A stretch of 64,000 nt of DNA from Camelus dromedarius (lineage: Eukaryota). A model generated the notes under the pieces. The model was not told the origin of the DNA. It saw only the letters and a program-made list of their open reading frames with translations, and searched no databases. The translations under genes and the position numbers were made by a program. Shown here piece by piece: positions 13,920 through 26,782 of the stretch (within the stretch, counting starts at the first letter, position 1; the number at the start of each line of letters is the position of its first letter). The DNA lies in contig NC_087447.1 of the NCBI RefSeq assembly GCF_036321535.1, positions 49,416,001 to 49,480,000 of the forward strand. The letters are read 5' to 3'.

Positions 13920-16529
13920 GAGTTGTAGAAGATGCTCTCAAACCTTCTTCACCGGCCTGGGGCACCCAGTGCCCTGCCCTGAGACAGAATGTCTCCTTGT
14001 CTCAAGGGGGAACAAACTCCAGAGTCTCCAGCCAAGAATATTTCCTTGCTTAGCTTTCTTCCCCTGCTCTACCCTCATGATAGTGATTAACTGAGAGTGG
14101 TCTCACTTTTACCAGAATCCTTGTCTCAAGCTCTGCTTCTGGGGAGCGTGACCTAACACACATATTATCCAAGCAACAGTAGAACAAATCCAGACGCACA
14201 CTGAAAAGAAATCCCAGAGTGATAACTGTTTGCCTATTAGTATTTGATTTAAATTAGAACCGGAAAACAGAAGGCTCTCATAACAATGTCTTAAAAAGGT
14301 CTTCAAGAATAAAGTGAATTCCAGTCAATAGATAGTACAATCAAGAAGCTACAAGCTCATAGTCGTGTGGTAAAGAAGGCGTGAGTTTCTTCTCTCCCGA
14401 AGGAATAGGAAAGGCACCAAGAAACTCCAGGAAAAACACAAAACTATACCAGAAAATTGTGGTTCAAATACGAAGTAAACAAAAATGTGGCATGATTTTT
14501 TAAGCAATTGATGAGATGTAAGGAAAGAAAAGTACCTGATGCTAACATATCAAATATTCTATTTGGGGGCCTGATTTTACTTTTATTATGGAAACATTCA
14601 AATATATGCAGAAGCAGGAAAAAAATAGCAAAGTGAACCCCATGTCCCCACCACTCAACTTCAGGGACTGTCAAGATCTGCTTAATCTCATTATATAGTC
14701 AGTTTTCGAATTTCCCTAAATGTCTCTTAGCTTTTCCTTTTTTATGGTTGGTTTGTTTGAATCAGGATCCAGACAAGTTCTCTCTATTGCATTTAGTTGC
14801 TGTGTCTTCTAAATCTCTCCCAGGCTGCAGGGGAACACACCACTTTGGGCAGCAACAATTTCCCTCTCTACTGATCCAGGTACTGTCTCAAACCTGCAGC
14901 AATTGATTGTTTTGTTCCTGCTTTAAGGACAAGTCTCTTGTTTTAATTACTATTGTCTCCTGAAATAACCACTGGGCAGTCTTCAAATTCAGGCTGCTTC
15001 AAGCTCTCTCAAATCTTCCATTTCTTTAGAGTCAAAAGAATCTCCAATCTCTTTTGGCTTTAAAGGACCTTTTCTGGTAGTCCCATCCATATAGAAATTT
15101 GGGATCCCCCATCCTAGCATAAACACTGAGCCAGGTGTCCTACCTAGAAACCTTCTGGACTTTTCTGTTTACCAAAGTTTATCAGGAGTGCCCCTGGTTA
15201 CATATGCTGTGGATACCTGAGTGCCAGATGTGATAAAGATATCCAAACAGTGCTCTAAATTATATGTGGACTTCTCAGAAAATCCAGAAAGTTCAGGTTA
15301 GGAGCCAAAAGATGGTTGGAGCTGCAGCTGCAAAAGACCCTCAGAGTGACCTGCACCAGTGGGTCCCAGGTTTTGTTATAAACAGCTCAACTGACCGTGA
15401 AGATGACAGAGGGGCCTGGCCTGGCAATCTGGGTCACACAGATTGCCATTACGGAATCTTCTGCCTCTGGCCCAACCCTGGGTCATAGGGTCTGGACTTT
15501 ACCCCTTCCCTCCTCTTTGTCCAGGTGGTTGGTTATAGGAGGGACGGGAAGAACAGACAGGGCTGGAACCCAAGATGAAGGGTGCTTTGACCTTAGTTGC
15601 CGGAGAACTCACAGCTACTAAGTTGTCAGGCCCGGGCGTGAACCCAGGTCAGTTTGGCTTCATAGTTTGACCCCCTCTTCTTCCTGACTCCCCTGCAAAC
15701 TGGAAGCCAACGGGAGAAGTCCTAATGTGACCTGGGTGTTCCCTGAGGGGCCCAAAGGGAATCAGAATGGCCAAGTTTCCTGCAGTTAAACAGTTGACTC
15801 AGACAAATATCAACAGACACTCCCAGAAACATGAAACCAAAAGTCAACCAACCAACTAACAAAAAAACGGTCCTTTCGACAGGTGAGGGAAATCAGGGAA
15901 TTATTCAAGTCAACCTCTTTCCCATTGCCCAGAGGCCTGGGGAAATCAAACGTTAACCTGCTTATTTTGTGGGGCTGGGGTAGTGGATATCTTGAACATG
16001 CCGGATACTGAGTTCTGCCCACAAGGAGACTTCCTGGAGGCCCTCTTCCCAGAACGCTGAACCTGCTGGCCACCACCATTTCCATCACATTCTCGTCATC
16101 TATTCTTGTCACCAGCACAGGACCAGGCACAAAATACAAACTTGACTCTGTGAATGAATGTCATTTTTGCAAATTAGCCTGCTCTCTCTGCCCCCTGATA
16201 ATTCTTCAAGTATTTAGTAATTTTGTAAATGCCTAGAGAAGAGAAAACTGTAGTCAGGGAAGGGAATTTGGAGGTGAAGTGATCCCTGCTACTTAGTAGA
16301 CTTTTTTCCACCAAGCCTTCCTAGGTAAAGCAGAGGGTGAGAGCAGCCAACCTGAAACAGCATCTCTGCATCTGTGGAGGGAAAGGCTTCCGATGTCTGA
16401 GGAGGTGTGGGACCAGTGGGGACGTTGTGCTGTGTTCAAGGCTTTCTAAGGATCCACAGTCCTGAGGTTGGGAAGGAGGCCGACTCTGGAATGGTTATCA
16501 GGAGCATATCTTCAGGCTTCAGGAAATGG

Positions 16530-17180
16530 GTCCATTCATTCACTCAACATGTATGTATTGAGCACCTACGAGGTGCCAAGCATTGAAGCACTGGGGATAC
16601 AGCAACGAACAAAAGTTTAAAAATTCCTGTGCTGTCGTGAAGCTTACATTCTAGTCACAAAAGCAGGAAAAAAATTAATAGGTAAGTTAAAACTATAACT
16701 GCATTTACCCCTTGACTTAGCAATCCCACCTCTGGGACTTTAGCCTAGAGCTTCATTTGCACAGTGAAATGATGTAGGCATAATTTATTCATTGCAGTGC
16801 TATTTATAATAGCAAAAAAAAAAAACTGGACACAACTCTGAATCTTGAACCATGTAAACAGAGTATCCATTCCAATCAAAACAAAAAAAATTTATTTAAT
16901 ATAGGTTTTATTAGATGATGATAAATGTATTATGGAGAAAAATCAAGTAGGGACTGGGAGGGAGTGCTGCTACTTTAAATTGATTGTCAGGAAAGGCCTA
17001 ATAGAGAAGATAACATTTGAGTAAAAACCCGAAGGAGGTGAGAATGTACTGGGGAATTGTTCCAGGCAGAGGTGACAGCAGGTGCAATGGTCCTGAGGCA
17101 GGAGCCCATCTGGCATGTCCAAGGAACAGCAAGGAGGCCAACTGGGTTGGAGCAGAGTGAGCCAGGGGCAGAAGGTGAAC
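16530..17180 (-). mobile_element. LINE-2 3' fragment, interrupted by an L1 piece
   Basis: cattcattcactcaac...tattgagcacctac terminus and downstream L2-like sequence. Confidence 0.55.
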
Positions 17181-18448
17181 CAGACTTGCCACCTGCAGTG
17201 CTCTGAGTCCAATAGGCTGCAGCTATGGGGAACTTGCAGCCCCAGGGACTCCTTTCTCGTGCTTGCATTCCCAGTTCATTCAAACGTTTCCCCAGATGAC
17301 ACTTGGTCCTCCCCTAGATCTTCTCTGCCTGTGAATGTTTGTCCTAAAGTGTGATGCCCGGAACTGTGCTGCCTAGCATCCTCAGTGCCCTCTCAACAGT
17401 GCTGCTTGCTCTTGACCATGCCTTCCCAGGAGCTCTCTTCTCCCCTGGCCCTCCCAACGTCAACCTCTACCTACCTCTCTGACCATTTCTTCTGTCTCCC
17501 TCACTGGCCCTAAACACTGAGGCTCCCAGGCTCTGTCCTCACCCAACTCTCTCTCTTACAACTCTTGACACCCCACTCCCCACCAGGGCTTCTGCGCATA
17601 TTTCCTTCCAGAGCCCAGTCCCATAGTTTTTCTGCTCCTTGAACATCCATCCCAAATATCTCCAGCGTCTTGGACTCTGCATATGTCCAGAGCTGGACTC
17701 ATCACCCACTGGTCACCTCTCTGCCCCCTAGGCCAGTCAGGCTGGTCTTCTAGATGCCCTTTCCTGAAAGTGCTGACCATGCCCCCTGCCTGCACCTCCC
17801 ACACCTGCCCACCAGCGCAGGGACCAGTTCCCTGGTGGCTGAAGCCTCCCAACACCTTGCATGGCACCTGGCACATAGTGAGAGCTCAGTAAATAAACTC
17901 CATCAAATGACTGGCGTCTCACCCACTACCTCCAGTTTAAGAATCTGCTTCCCCTCCCAGGGACCCTGGCCAGGCCCAGTGGGCCCATCCCCAGGGCCCT
18001 CAAACCTGGAGTATGGGAGGCGCCATGAGCCTGCCCTCGAAACTCTCCCAGGCCCCAGGGGACCCCTGCCTCCTTGCAGATTCAAAACTCAGGAGGCCAC
18101 TGGCCCTTAACACTTGCCTACTGGGGGCTGAGTGTTGTTCTTTGGAATTCAGTGACTTCTGGTTTTGGGGAAACAGAAGGTAAATAGGCCATGGAGACCT
18201 TGGGGGAGCAATTTGAGTCAGAGGAGGAGGGAGAAGCAGAACTAGGAGTTGAAGAGCCCCGTCCAGCCAGCACCTGAGGAGCCTTAGTGGCACCTGCCAG
18301 CACCGCATCCCGCCCTGTTGTTCCCACTGTGAGATCAGAGATGAGATCGTAAGCCCCCTGGAGCAAGGATCCTCTGCCTGCTCCTCTATGTCTGGCTCCC
18401 TATGCTATGGGGAGGCTCAAGAGAGAGCAATCCCTTCACCCCCACTCC

Positions 18449-18647
18449 TAGGTGGCCCGATAAAATACAGGCTGCCCAGGTAAACTGGAGTTCAGATGGA
18501 CAATAATTTCTCAGTATAAGTGTGGCCCTATTCACTATGTCCTCTGGGACACACTTTTACTAAAAAATTATTTGTTGTTTATCTGAAATCTAAATTCAAA
18601 TTTAACATGCCACCTTCTATTTTTATTAGCTGAATCCAGCAACCCTA
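18449..18647. mobile_element. MER53-like palindromic hAT MITE
   Basis: taggtggcccgataaaatacagg ... tatttttattagctgaatccagcaacccta inverted ends. Confidence 0.65.
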
Positions 18648-18649
18648 CC

Positions 18650-18820
18650 CCCAGGTGACATCTGGCAATGTCTGGGGACACTGTGGGTTGTCACAACTGC
18701 TGGGAGAAGGGTGCTACCAGTATGGCGTGGGCAAAGGCCTGAGATGCTGCTCCACATCCCACAGCCAGGACTTATCCAGACCAAAATGTCAACGGTGTCA
18801 GGATGGAGAAACTTGCCCTA
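18650..18820. mobile_element. MER20-like element
   Basis: gacatctggcaatgtctggggac...ggttgtcacaactg...ccaaaatgtcaacggtg. Confidence 0.7.
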
Positions 18821-19230
18821 TTACTCCAAGGGCACACAGAACTTCCCCCTACCTCCACCCCATACCCTCTGCCCCGCACCATCTGCCTTCCTCCCCTCAG
18901 GCCATTAAGAGATGTGGAGAGAGACTTGTGGACCTGTCATGGATATTAACCAATGCCAAGGTATGAAGTTATGAAAAAATAGAATACAAAATTTTGGGTC
19001 TTCTCAATATCACTCAGGGGTGAACCATGCATAAAAAAATACAATGGAGGGAAAATGACTAAAATGTCAAGGAGGTGACCTTAGGCCATAGAGACGTTCC
19101 TTCTTCTCTGTTTCTATTCTTTTTCCCCACAGGTTTCTTGAGAACCATGTTTGTAAAATATTTTTAACTTTTAAAATGTTTGATTAAACAAGTAATGCAT
19201 GAATATATTCTCCTTGGATTAAAAAAAAAT

Positions 19231-19384
19231 GGAGGGGAGGGTACAGCTCAATGGTAGAGCACATGCTTAGCATGCACGGGGTCCTGGGTTCAATCCCCAG
19301 TACCGCCTCTAAAAAATAAATAAATAAACCTAATTACCTCTCCCCACCAAACAAAGAAGAAACCAAAAAAATAATAATAATAAA
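19231..19384 (+). mobile_element. tRNA-Ala-derived SINE (Vic-1-like)
   Basis: Same head and ataaataaacctaattacctc tail as the 4711 copy. Confidence 0.88.
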
Positions 19385-19743
19385 GGAAACAGTGCAGTGA
19401 GGCCAGTCTCCTCCGACCAGCACCTCTGCTCTGACCCCAGCCCCCCGCAGAGATAACTGCCGCTGAGGGCTGATGTTGAGTTACTGTAGGGACTAGGGAC
19501 ACAGCTTTGCCCTTGACTGTAAGTGGCACTGAAAAATGAGATCGTACCAGCACAGTGCAAATACCAGATATGGCCAAGTCGTTTTAAAGTTAGCTGTATC
19601 ATTTCACTCTGCCACCAACAAGGACTCACAGGACCAGCATGAGCCAACACTCAACACCAGAATGGAAAATTCTGGCCAATCTGATGGGGGAAAAGTCTAA
19701 TCACATTGTTTCAGTTTGCATCTTCCTTATTATGGCTGAGATT

Positions 19744-20707
19744 TTTTTTTTCCAGCTTTACTGAGACACAATGGAAACATGACATTGTGCTAGTTAAGGT
19801 ATTCCACGTGACGATGGGGCACATGTATACACTGCAAAGTGATTACCACAGTAAGATTAGCTGACACATCCCCTCACATAGTTACCTTTGTGTGTGGGTG
19901 TGTGTTTGTGTGTGTTGAGAACTTTTAAGATGTACTTTCTTGGCAACATTTGAGTATACAATACAGAATTGTTAACTACAGTCACCAAGCTGTGTGTTAT
20001 ATCCCCAGCACATCTTTTATCTTATAATTGGAAGTTTGGACTCTGACCAACCTCTCCCCCATTCCACCCCCGACCCCAGCTTCTGGCAACCACTTTTCTA
20101 CGCATTTGGGTTTTTGTTTTTAGATTCCACATATAAATAAGATCACACAGTATTGGTCTTTCTCTGTCTGGCTTACTTCACCTCGCATAATGCCCTCAAA
20201 GTCCATTTTTGTTGTCACCAATGGCAGAATTTCCTTCTTTTTTACAACTGAATAATATAGACAAGTTATACATACCACATCTTTATCTTTTCATCCATCA
20301 ACAGACACTTAAGTGATTTCCTTGTCTTGGCTTTTGTAATTAATGCTGCAATGAACATGTGCATACAGATACCTCTTTGAGATCGTGTTTTCATTTCCTT
20401 CCAATATATACCCAGAGGATTGCTGAATCATATACGGTAGTTCTACTTTTAATTATTTGAGGAATCTCCATACTGTTTTCCATAGTGGTTGTACCAATTT
20501 ACATTCCCACCAGCAGTGCACAAGGGTTCCCTTTTCTCCACATCTTCCCCAACACTCGTTCCTTGTTGTCTTTTTAATAACAGCCCTTTTGACAGGTGTG
20601 AGGTAACATCTCACTGTGGTTTTGATTGGCATTTCCCTGATGATTTGTGGTGTTGAACATCTTTTCATATATCTGTTGGCCATTTGTATATCATTTTTGG
20701 AAAAGCG
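19744..20707 (-). mobile_element. 5'-truncated L1 with TSD
   Basis: T tail at left, ORF2-like ORF 20453-20683, TSD ttatggctgagatt (19730-19743) / ttatgactgagatt (20708-20721). Confidence 0.9.
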
Positions 20708-22239
20708 TTATGACTGAGATTGAGTATCTTCAAGTGTTTGCCTTTATTTTTAATTAGTTAAAATTTTAATTAATAGGCATGCACATCATACAACATTCAA
20801 AAAGTGTAGTCAGTTAAAAGTCAGCCTCCTTCTCATTCGTGTCTGAAGCCCATCTCTGCAGCCCCCTAGCTTCTGGTATTTCCTACCAGAAATATTTAAC
20901 ACATGTATAAGCACTTACACACATGGCCTTTCTTTTTAGTTTTTACACTAATCATAACATTTTCCACACTCGTCTGCCCTTTGCCCTTTTTTTTTTTTTA
21001 ATTTTGGAAGGTGATTCCTCCCACTGTACATAGAGCTATGTCATTCTTGTTCACAATTTCACTGCATCCCATCTGATGGATGTATTACAATTTGTTTAAA
21101 CAGCTGGTGTTTGACAGTTTGGTGGATCCCAACCTTTTGCTACAATGACTATCTTGTGTCTATATGATTTCTCACATATGGGAATATATTTGCAGATAAT
21201 TCCCTAGAAATGGAACTGCTGGATCAAAAGGCAAGTGTATTGAATGAGTTTCAGGTTGTAACCAAATTGCCTCCCATATCAATTTATTGATTACATTGAT
21301 TACATTTTATGGTTGTAAGGAAACTAACTTACGTTTCAATTCAGAGAAATATGTATCACAATATATCATATAAGAAGACAGGATTTATAAAACATCGGCT
21401 GTGTGTCAGGAACCTTACATATATTGCCAAAAGCACTCATGACACCTTTGAGACAAAGCGAATTAAACTTTTTATTTAAGGCACCTGAGGAGTAGGTGGC
21501 AGAGCCAGAAATCAAACCTGTCCAGCTCCCTACCCTGGGCCTGGGCCTTGTCACCAGGCAGGAGGCTGACACGCTGGTATGAGGAAATAGATTCCAGCGT
21601 AACGTGTGGTGATGTCACGTGACAGGTGACTGGTGGTCCGACCCAAGTGCCTCTGGGAACACAGGCCCAGGGGTGGGGCTGGGTTGGGGGAAAGGGCTTC
21701 ACAGAGATGAGCGCTTTTAAGGTGAAGCCCAAGGTTTGAAGGCATACATTTTGCTGGTGAAAAGTAGAAAAGGGTAGCCCATGCGGACTCTGGAGCCAAA
21801 CTGTCTGTATTTGAATCTAACTTAAGCCATTTCTAGTTGTGTGACCTGCCTCTTCATCCATAAAATACAGGCTCTAATTCATAAAGCTGTGTGGAAATTA
21901 AATGCACTGAAGCATGTTAAAAAAAAAACAACCAAACACCTGACCCTTTGCAAGCATTCAATAAGTATTAGCCATTTATTAACAAATAAGTAAATTGCTT
22001 TTAAAGCTTTTTTAATTGGTAAACTTTTTCTTTATGTTATTTAAAAATTTTAGTTGGCAGACTGATCACAGTGGGATCCATTTGGCTGGTGACAGGAAGA
22101 ACTGTCATCACAGCAAGTTTAATCAGAGCAACACCAGGCCCAGCACAGCAGCTGGCAGTTCTCAACAGTTTGTTTTGCCAAATAATAATTGTTTAAAAGC
22201 ATTAAAATGCGGTTATGCAAAAGTTGATTTTTGAGAGTT

Positions 22240-22420
22240 AACATTTATTGAGCTCTTCCTTTGTGCCAAGCACTGTGATGTGTCTCACTTAATCCTCACA
22301 ACAAGCCTATTGGATAAGTACTGTTATTATCCCCATTTTACAGGTGAAAACACTGAGGCACCAAGAGACCTTTAAGGCATTGACTCAAGGCCACCACAGC
22401 TGGAATCCACACCAGGCTTC
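22240..22420 (-). mobile_element. MIR SINE (representative; others near 26120-26330, 27250-27480, 47450-47630, 55580-55770)
   Basis: Core ccccattttacaggtgaaaacactgaggc. Confidence 0.7.
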
Positions 22421-22976
22421 TCTAAGGGTGTGCCTCTCTCAGTGGGAAACTGGATGTAGAATCAAATTTTGCTGTTGCTGCCTTCCCAATCATTGAAGGT
22501 AAGCGATCTAAGCTCTCCAACCTCCTCAAGCCTGATTGGCTCTGTTCCCAGACCACAGGAGAGCAGACAGAAGGGACCTGCAGAACCATGAAAGTTTTCT
22601 AATCCCAGATCTGACGCGCTGAGCTGCATTTCAGGAAGCAGCTCTGTGTCACTGGGAGGGGTCTGAGAGATGAGCCAAGAGGTAGCAGTGCCCGCCCTCG
22701 CAGAGATTGGTACAGGAGGTGTTTGAGGGGGAGGGGACAGTGGCTGTAGGTCAAGGCTGTAGTCCGGGCCTGACTTATCCCCTGGGATGCTGCTGGAATA
22801 CTCATAAGGCCCCTGCCCTGCAGGAGGTACTTACCTGAAAGAAATTAAACACCTCTAGTCAGGAGTGGCTGTTGAATACTGGAAATGTGGCTAGTCCAAA
22901 TGTGCCATAATAAACAGAAAATACACACTCGATTTCAAAGACTTAATGCCAAAAGCGAAAAAAGATAAGCGATCAT

Positions 22977-23085
22977 GAGGGTAGGTATAGCTCAGTGAAA
23001 GAGCACATGCTTAGCATGCATAGAGGTCCTGGGTTCAATCCTCAGTACCTCCAATAAAAAATAAAAAACAACAACAAAAAAACTT
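22977..23085 (+). mobile_element. tRNA-Ala-derived SINE (Vic-1-like) inserted in a MER3/MER33-like element (~22860-23270)
   Basis: ggtatagctcagtg...ggtcctgggttcaatcctcagtacctcc plus A tail. Confidence 0.85.
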
Positions 23086-23452
23086 TAAGTGAGAGATCTC
23101 AATAATTTTTATATTAATTACATGTTGAAATGATAACATTTTGGATATATGGGGTAAATTTTAAAATATTAAAGTTAACATCACCTGTTCCTTTTTTTCT
23201 TTTATAAAGTGGCTACTAGAAAACAACATTACGGAAGTGGCTCAGATTGTATTTCTATCGGACAGCGCTGATGCATGAGGTTCTTCCAGGCACCTGCCTC
23301 CCTTCTCCTTCAGGAGAAGCTGTGGTGCGGGCTGGGCGGTCAGTGTGCCCCCCCACTCCCCTCGCCCCGCCCGCCAGGCTTTTTCTTTTGAGTTCACTGG
23401 ACCTCAAGGCCGCGGCCGCGTTTCCCGTGACGGGTCCGGGCCCGCTGTGCTC

Positions 23453-23470
23453 TGCCGCCCTCTAGCGGCT
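23453..23470 (-). promoter_or_regulatory. Predicted CTCF site in a small CpG-rich patch
   Basis: Reverse complement AGCCGCTAGAGGGCGGCA closely matches the CTCF core CCACYAGRGGGCRS. Confidence 0.7.
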
Positions 23471-25480
23471 CCTCTTCCAAGCTGTTCTGCTCTTCAGCGA
23501 CATCCCATCTTCGCGATGGGACTGGACTGGACTCGGTATCCTGAAACACTTCGTGGTCCCAAACCATTTATTTCACGTATCGACTATCCTGTGTTGATTT
23601 TAGTTAATTCAAAGTCGCTTTACATGAAGAATTTAAGAAATATGCTGGTCCCTAGTTACTATCTTCTCAACAGGTCTCAATACAATGAAAATAGAAGACA
23701 TCTTCAACTTCTCAACTTCAACTGTGGCTTGTTATGGGTGGAAAATTATCAGTAACGTCTGGAAAATATCACCTAATCCTTTAAATTCCTGGATATTGAT
23801 AAGTAATTTTATTTAGGGGGTAGATTTTTGGCTTTAGAAGACACTTACCTTTTGTTGGTAAAATGGGTTAATAGCATGGTAAATAGGTTAAACTATATGG
23901 TGAGGATGGGGCAGTAGTGTCTATAAAGCACTTAGCACAGTGCCTGGTACATCATAAACTAGATATATGTAACTGTTAGTGTATGAAATTCCTTGTTGTT
24001 TACATAAACAGCAATCTTTTAAGAGTGTTATGGCTAGGAGCACTTGTGCCCCTCCCTGCATGCTAGTACCCTGGATCAGACCCTTCCTGATGAGTAATGG
24101 AAAAGAACTAAATTTCAACGGACCACTGAGCTAGGAAAACACCCAGCTGGTTCAGGATCTTCCTGGAAAATCACCCAACTGAGCCAAGCCTGAGTTAACT
24201 CAGCCAACCAGGGCAAGGAGAGTGGATGGGTTAGAGGTTGAGGGTCGACCCCACAGGGAACTCTGGATTTTCCAGGGTACACAAAGACATTCCAAGGGTT
24301 GTGTGGAATGGAAATACAAGTTCAAGGAGAAAATTAAACAATGTATAACATGCAACTGTTTGAGAAAAACTTGTTTGTCTATCTTAAAGTGGATAATTGT
24401 GGGTATCAAACCACTGTGGCCTTTATATATCCCTATGCATACATTTAAAAGAGTGACTAACAGCTTTAAAGAGTTGACATTATGATAATACTGGAAATTA
24501 GAGTCTTTTTGAGTTTGTTTAAACTTACGATGAAGAGTTCTACCTATAATAAAGATCTCCATAACTTGGAATATACAAAGGAAAACCGCATCCTTAAATT
24601 CTTGCAGAGAGAATATGAGCACAGAATTTTGAAGACTGGGGATCTGGGCTGTATACCCTGGAGTGGAATTGCTGAGGTTTGGGAACACACAACCAACATT
24701 CCTCAAGGATACCAAAGTTTGCAAAGCAACTGTGCTAATTTACACTCCCCCTGGCAGTGGAGGCGAGTTCCCTCACTCCACATCCTCCCCAGCGCTGGAT
24801 GCCTGTGTGGTGGTCTGCAACATTCATGAGGCAAACATATGGCCTTTGTCTCTCTGGGGAAGCACAAGGCTAAGCAGAGGTTACCTGGAGCCAGAACCCC
24901 TTCTGAGCCTTCTGAGCCTTCTGAGCCTGAAGAATCAGGGTTTGGAGAACTACATTAGATGGTTCTAATGGCTTCTCACTACAAAATCCCAAAGCACTCA
25001 TTACTAAGAAAAAGGCAGCCAACCCTCCTCATACCCCAGGCCTGGCTCCTGCCCCTGCCCAGTGCTGGATGCAGGCCAGCCCTTGGCTCTTGCCCTCTCC
25101 CTTTGTCTCCAAGCTAAACAGCCACCCGTTCACACGGCCTGGCCCTGGGCAGGAAGCTAGGCAGTTGGTAGCACTGGCTTGTTACCACCTTGTTCCTGTC
25201 CTCTGGTCACCCCACTGGAGCCTGGGTAAGTTCAGCCTTTAAGTGTGGATTCCACTAGTCATTTTCTGGGAAACCAGCCTCTTGCCTCCTGTTTCTGTGG
25301 AAGACACTCATCTCCCCGGCTATGTATTGTTCCACATTCTCAGCCCCTTGCACGGGGTTAATCAAAGATGCCCACTTAGCTAGCGACCAGCTGCAGGGGT
25401 GGGGAGCGTCTTCGGGGGAGAGCAGCAGCCCCGCTCCTTCCTGGGAAAGAGGCTGACCAAGGCGCTGTAATTGCCAGTTG

Positions 25481-25499
25481 TGGCCGCCAGATGGCGAAG
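25481..25499 (+). promoter_or_regulatory. Predicted CTCF site
   Basis: TGGCCGCCAGATGGCGAAG matches the CTCF core. Confidence 0.6.
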
Positions 25500-26441
25500 T
25501 ATGCAGAGCTTTTGGAGAACCGGTTTAGGAAAGGTGGAATTTCCGTGCTCTTAAACCAAACTGGAGAAACTTACTGTTTCTGGGTACTCCAGCTGTGCTC
25601 CCTGTCCTTGAGCCGGCTTGGTAACACCCCTTCAGGAAGGGTCTAGCTGGTCTTTTTCACCTGCCCCATCCGCACCCTCTGCCGTCTCCCTCCCAGCCCT
25701 TACTGGCCCTGGGCAGGGCCTGGTTACAGCTGTCCTTGGGCCCCACCTTTCCAGACCAGGCACTGATCTCACACCCCTGGAAGAAGCTTGATGAGTTGGG
25801 ACCCCCATGGCCTTTTTCTCTCCCTTGGCCATGTCTTTCTGTTTCTGTGTAGCCTGATATCCCCCACATCTTTCCCTTATTTATTTTTCTGCCCCATGCA
25901 TTATAGTATGGTCCTTCTACCTGTAGTTAAATAGTGCCCTGCGCGTGTGAGGATGAAAGGTACTGGTGGTTCGTGACCTTCTGCAGAGAGCAGAGCTGTG
26001 AGTCTGTGGGTTAGTGTTGGACCGTACTTGGCAAGATGACTAACCCTAACCCAAAACTTTGAAGACTGATGTAAAACTAAATGCCAAGTTGTTTATTTGC
26101 ACTAAAAGTCCCATTCCACAAACACTTTCCACATTCTGGGCACTATGCTGAGTGCCTTAAAGATGCCACTTAATTCAATCACAGAAATTCTATAAGATTA
26201 ATGATCATTTCTCCACTTTCCAGATGAAGAATCTGAGATTCAGAGGGGTTAAGTGACCTACCAGAGATCACAAAGCTGGTAAGTGGCATAGAGCTGGAAT
26301 ATGGAACAGTTTGAGCTGGATTCATTATTTCTCTACTGCCCTGCCTTTGACGAAGCTGTGTACTCCCTCAGCACCTCCTGGCAGGACTCCAGCATCCTTC
26401 ACGTCATCCACACATTGGGTGACCCCATCTGTGTGACGTTG

Positions 26442-26614
26442 TGTTGCCGAATCCAAACGCGTTCTGCTCGCCGAATGACAGGCCAATAAATCAGGAGACG
26501 AGGTGTTGGGGCAAGGAATAGTGACTTTATTCAGAAAGCCAGCAGCCCGAGGGGATAGCGGACTAATGTCTTGGAGGACCATCCCGCTCTAGTCAGAATA
26601 CAGGCTCCTTTTAT

Positions 26615-26655
<41 letters not shown>

Positions 26656-26782
26656 AAGGGAGGAGGTGTGGTTGTTGTAATCTTCTTGCTGCAGGCATTC
26701 TTTGTTCTTGCAGGCGTCCCTGTGGGCTAGGTCATGGCGTCCCTATAAACCTCCAACAAAACAAAGGTTATTCTCTACTACA
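26442..26782 (-). mobile_element. Solo ERV1-type LTR containing an A38 tract
   Basis: TG...CA ends, imperfect 4-bp TSD gttg/attg, minus-strand AATAAA (26526-26531) and TATA-like CATAAAA (~26609-26615); right boundary uncertain. Confidence 0.65.

Noticed and set aside
14900..15600. Possible processed pseudogene fragment
   Set aside because: The frames I translated contained stops and no recognisable protein; no clear polyA tail or TSD.
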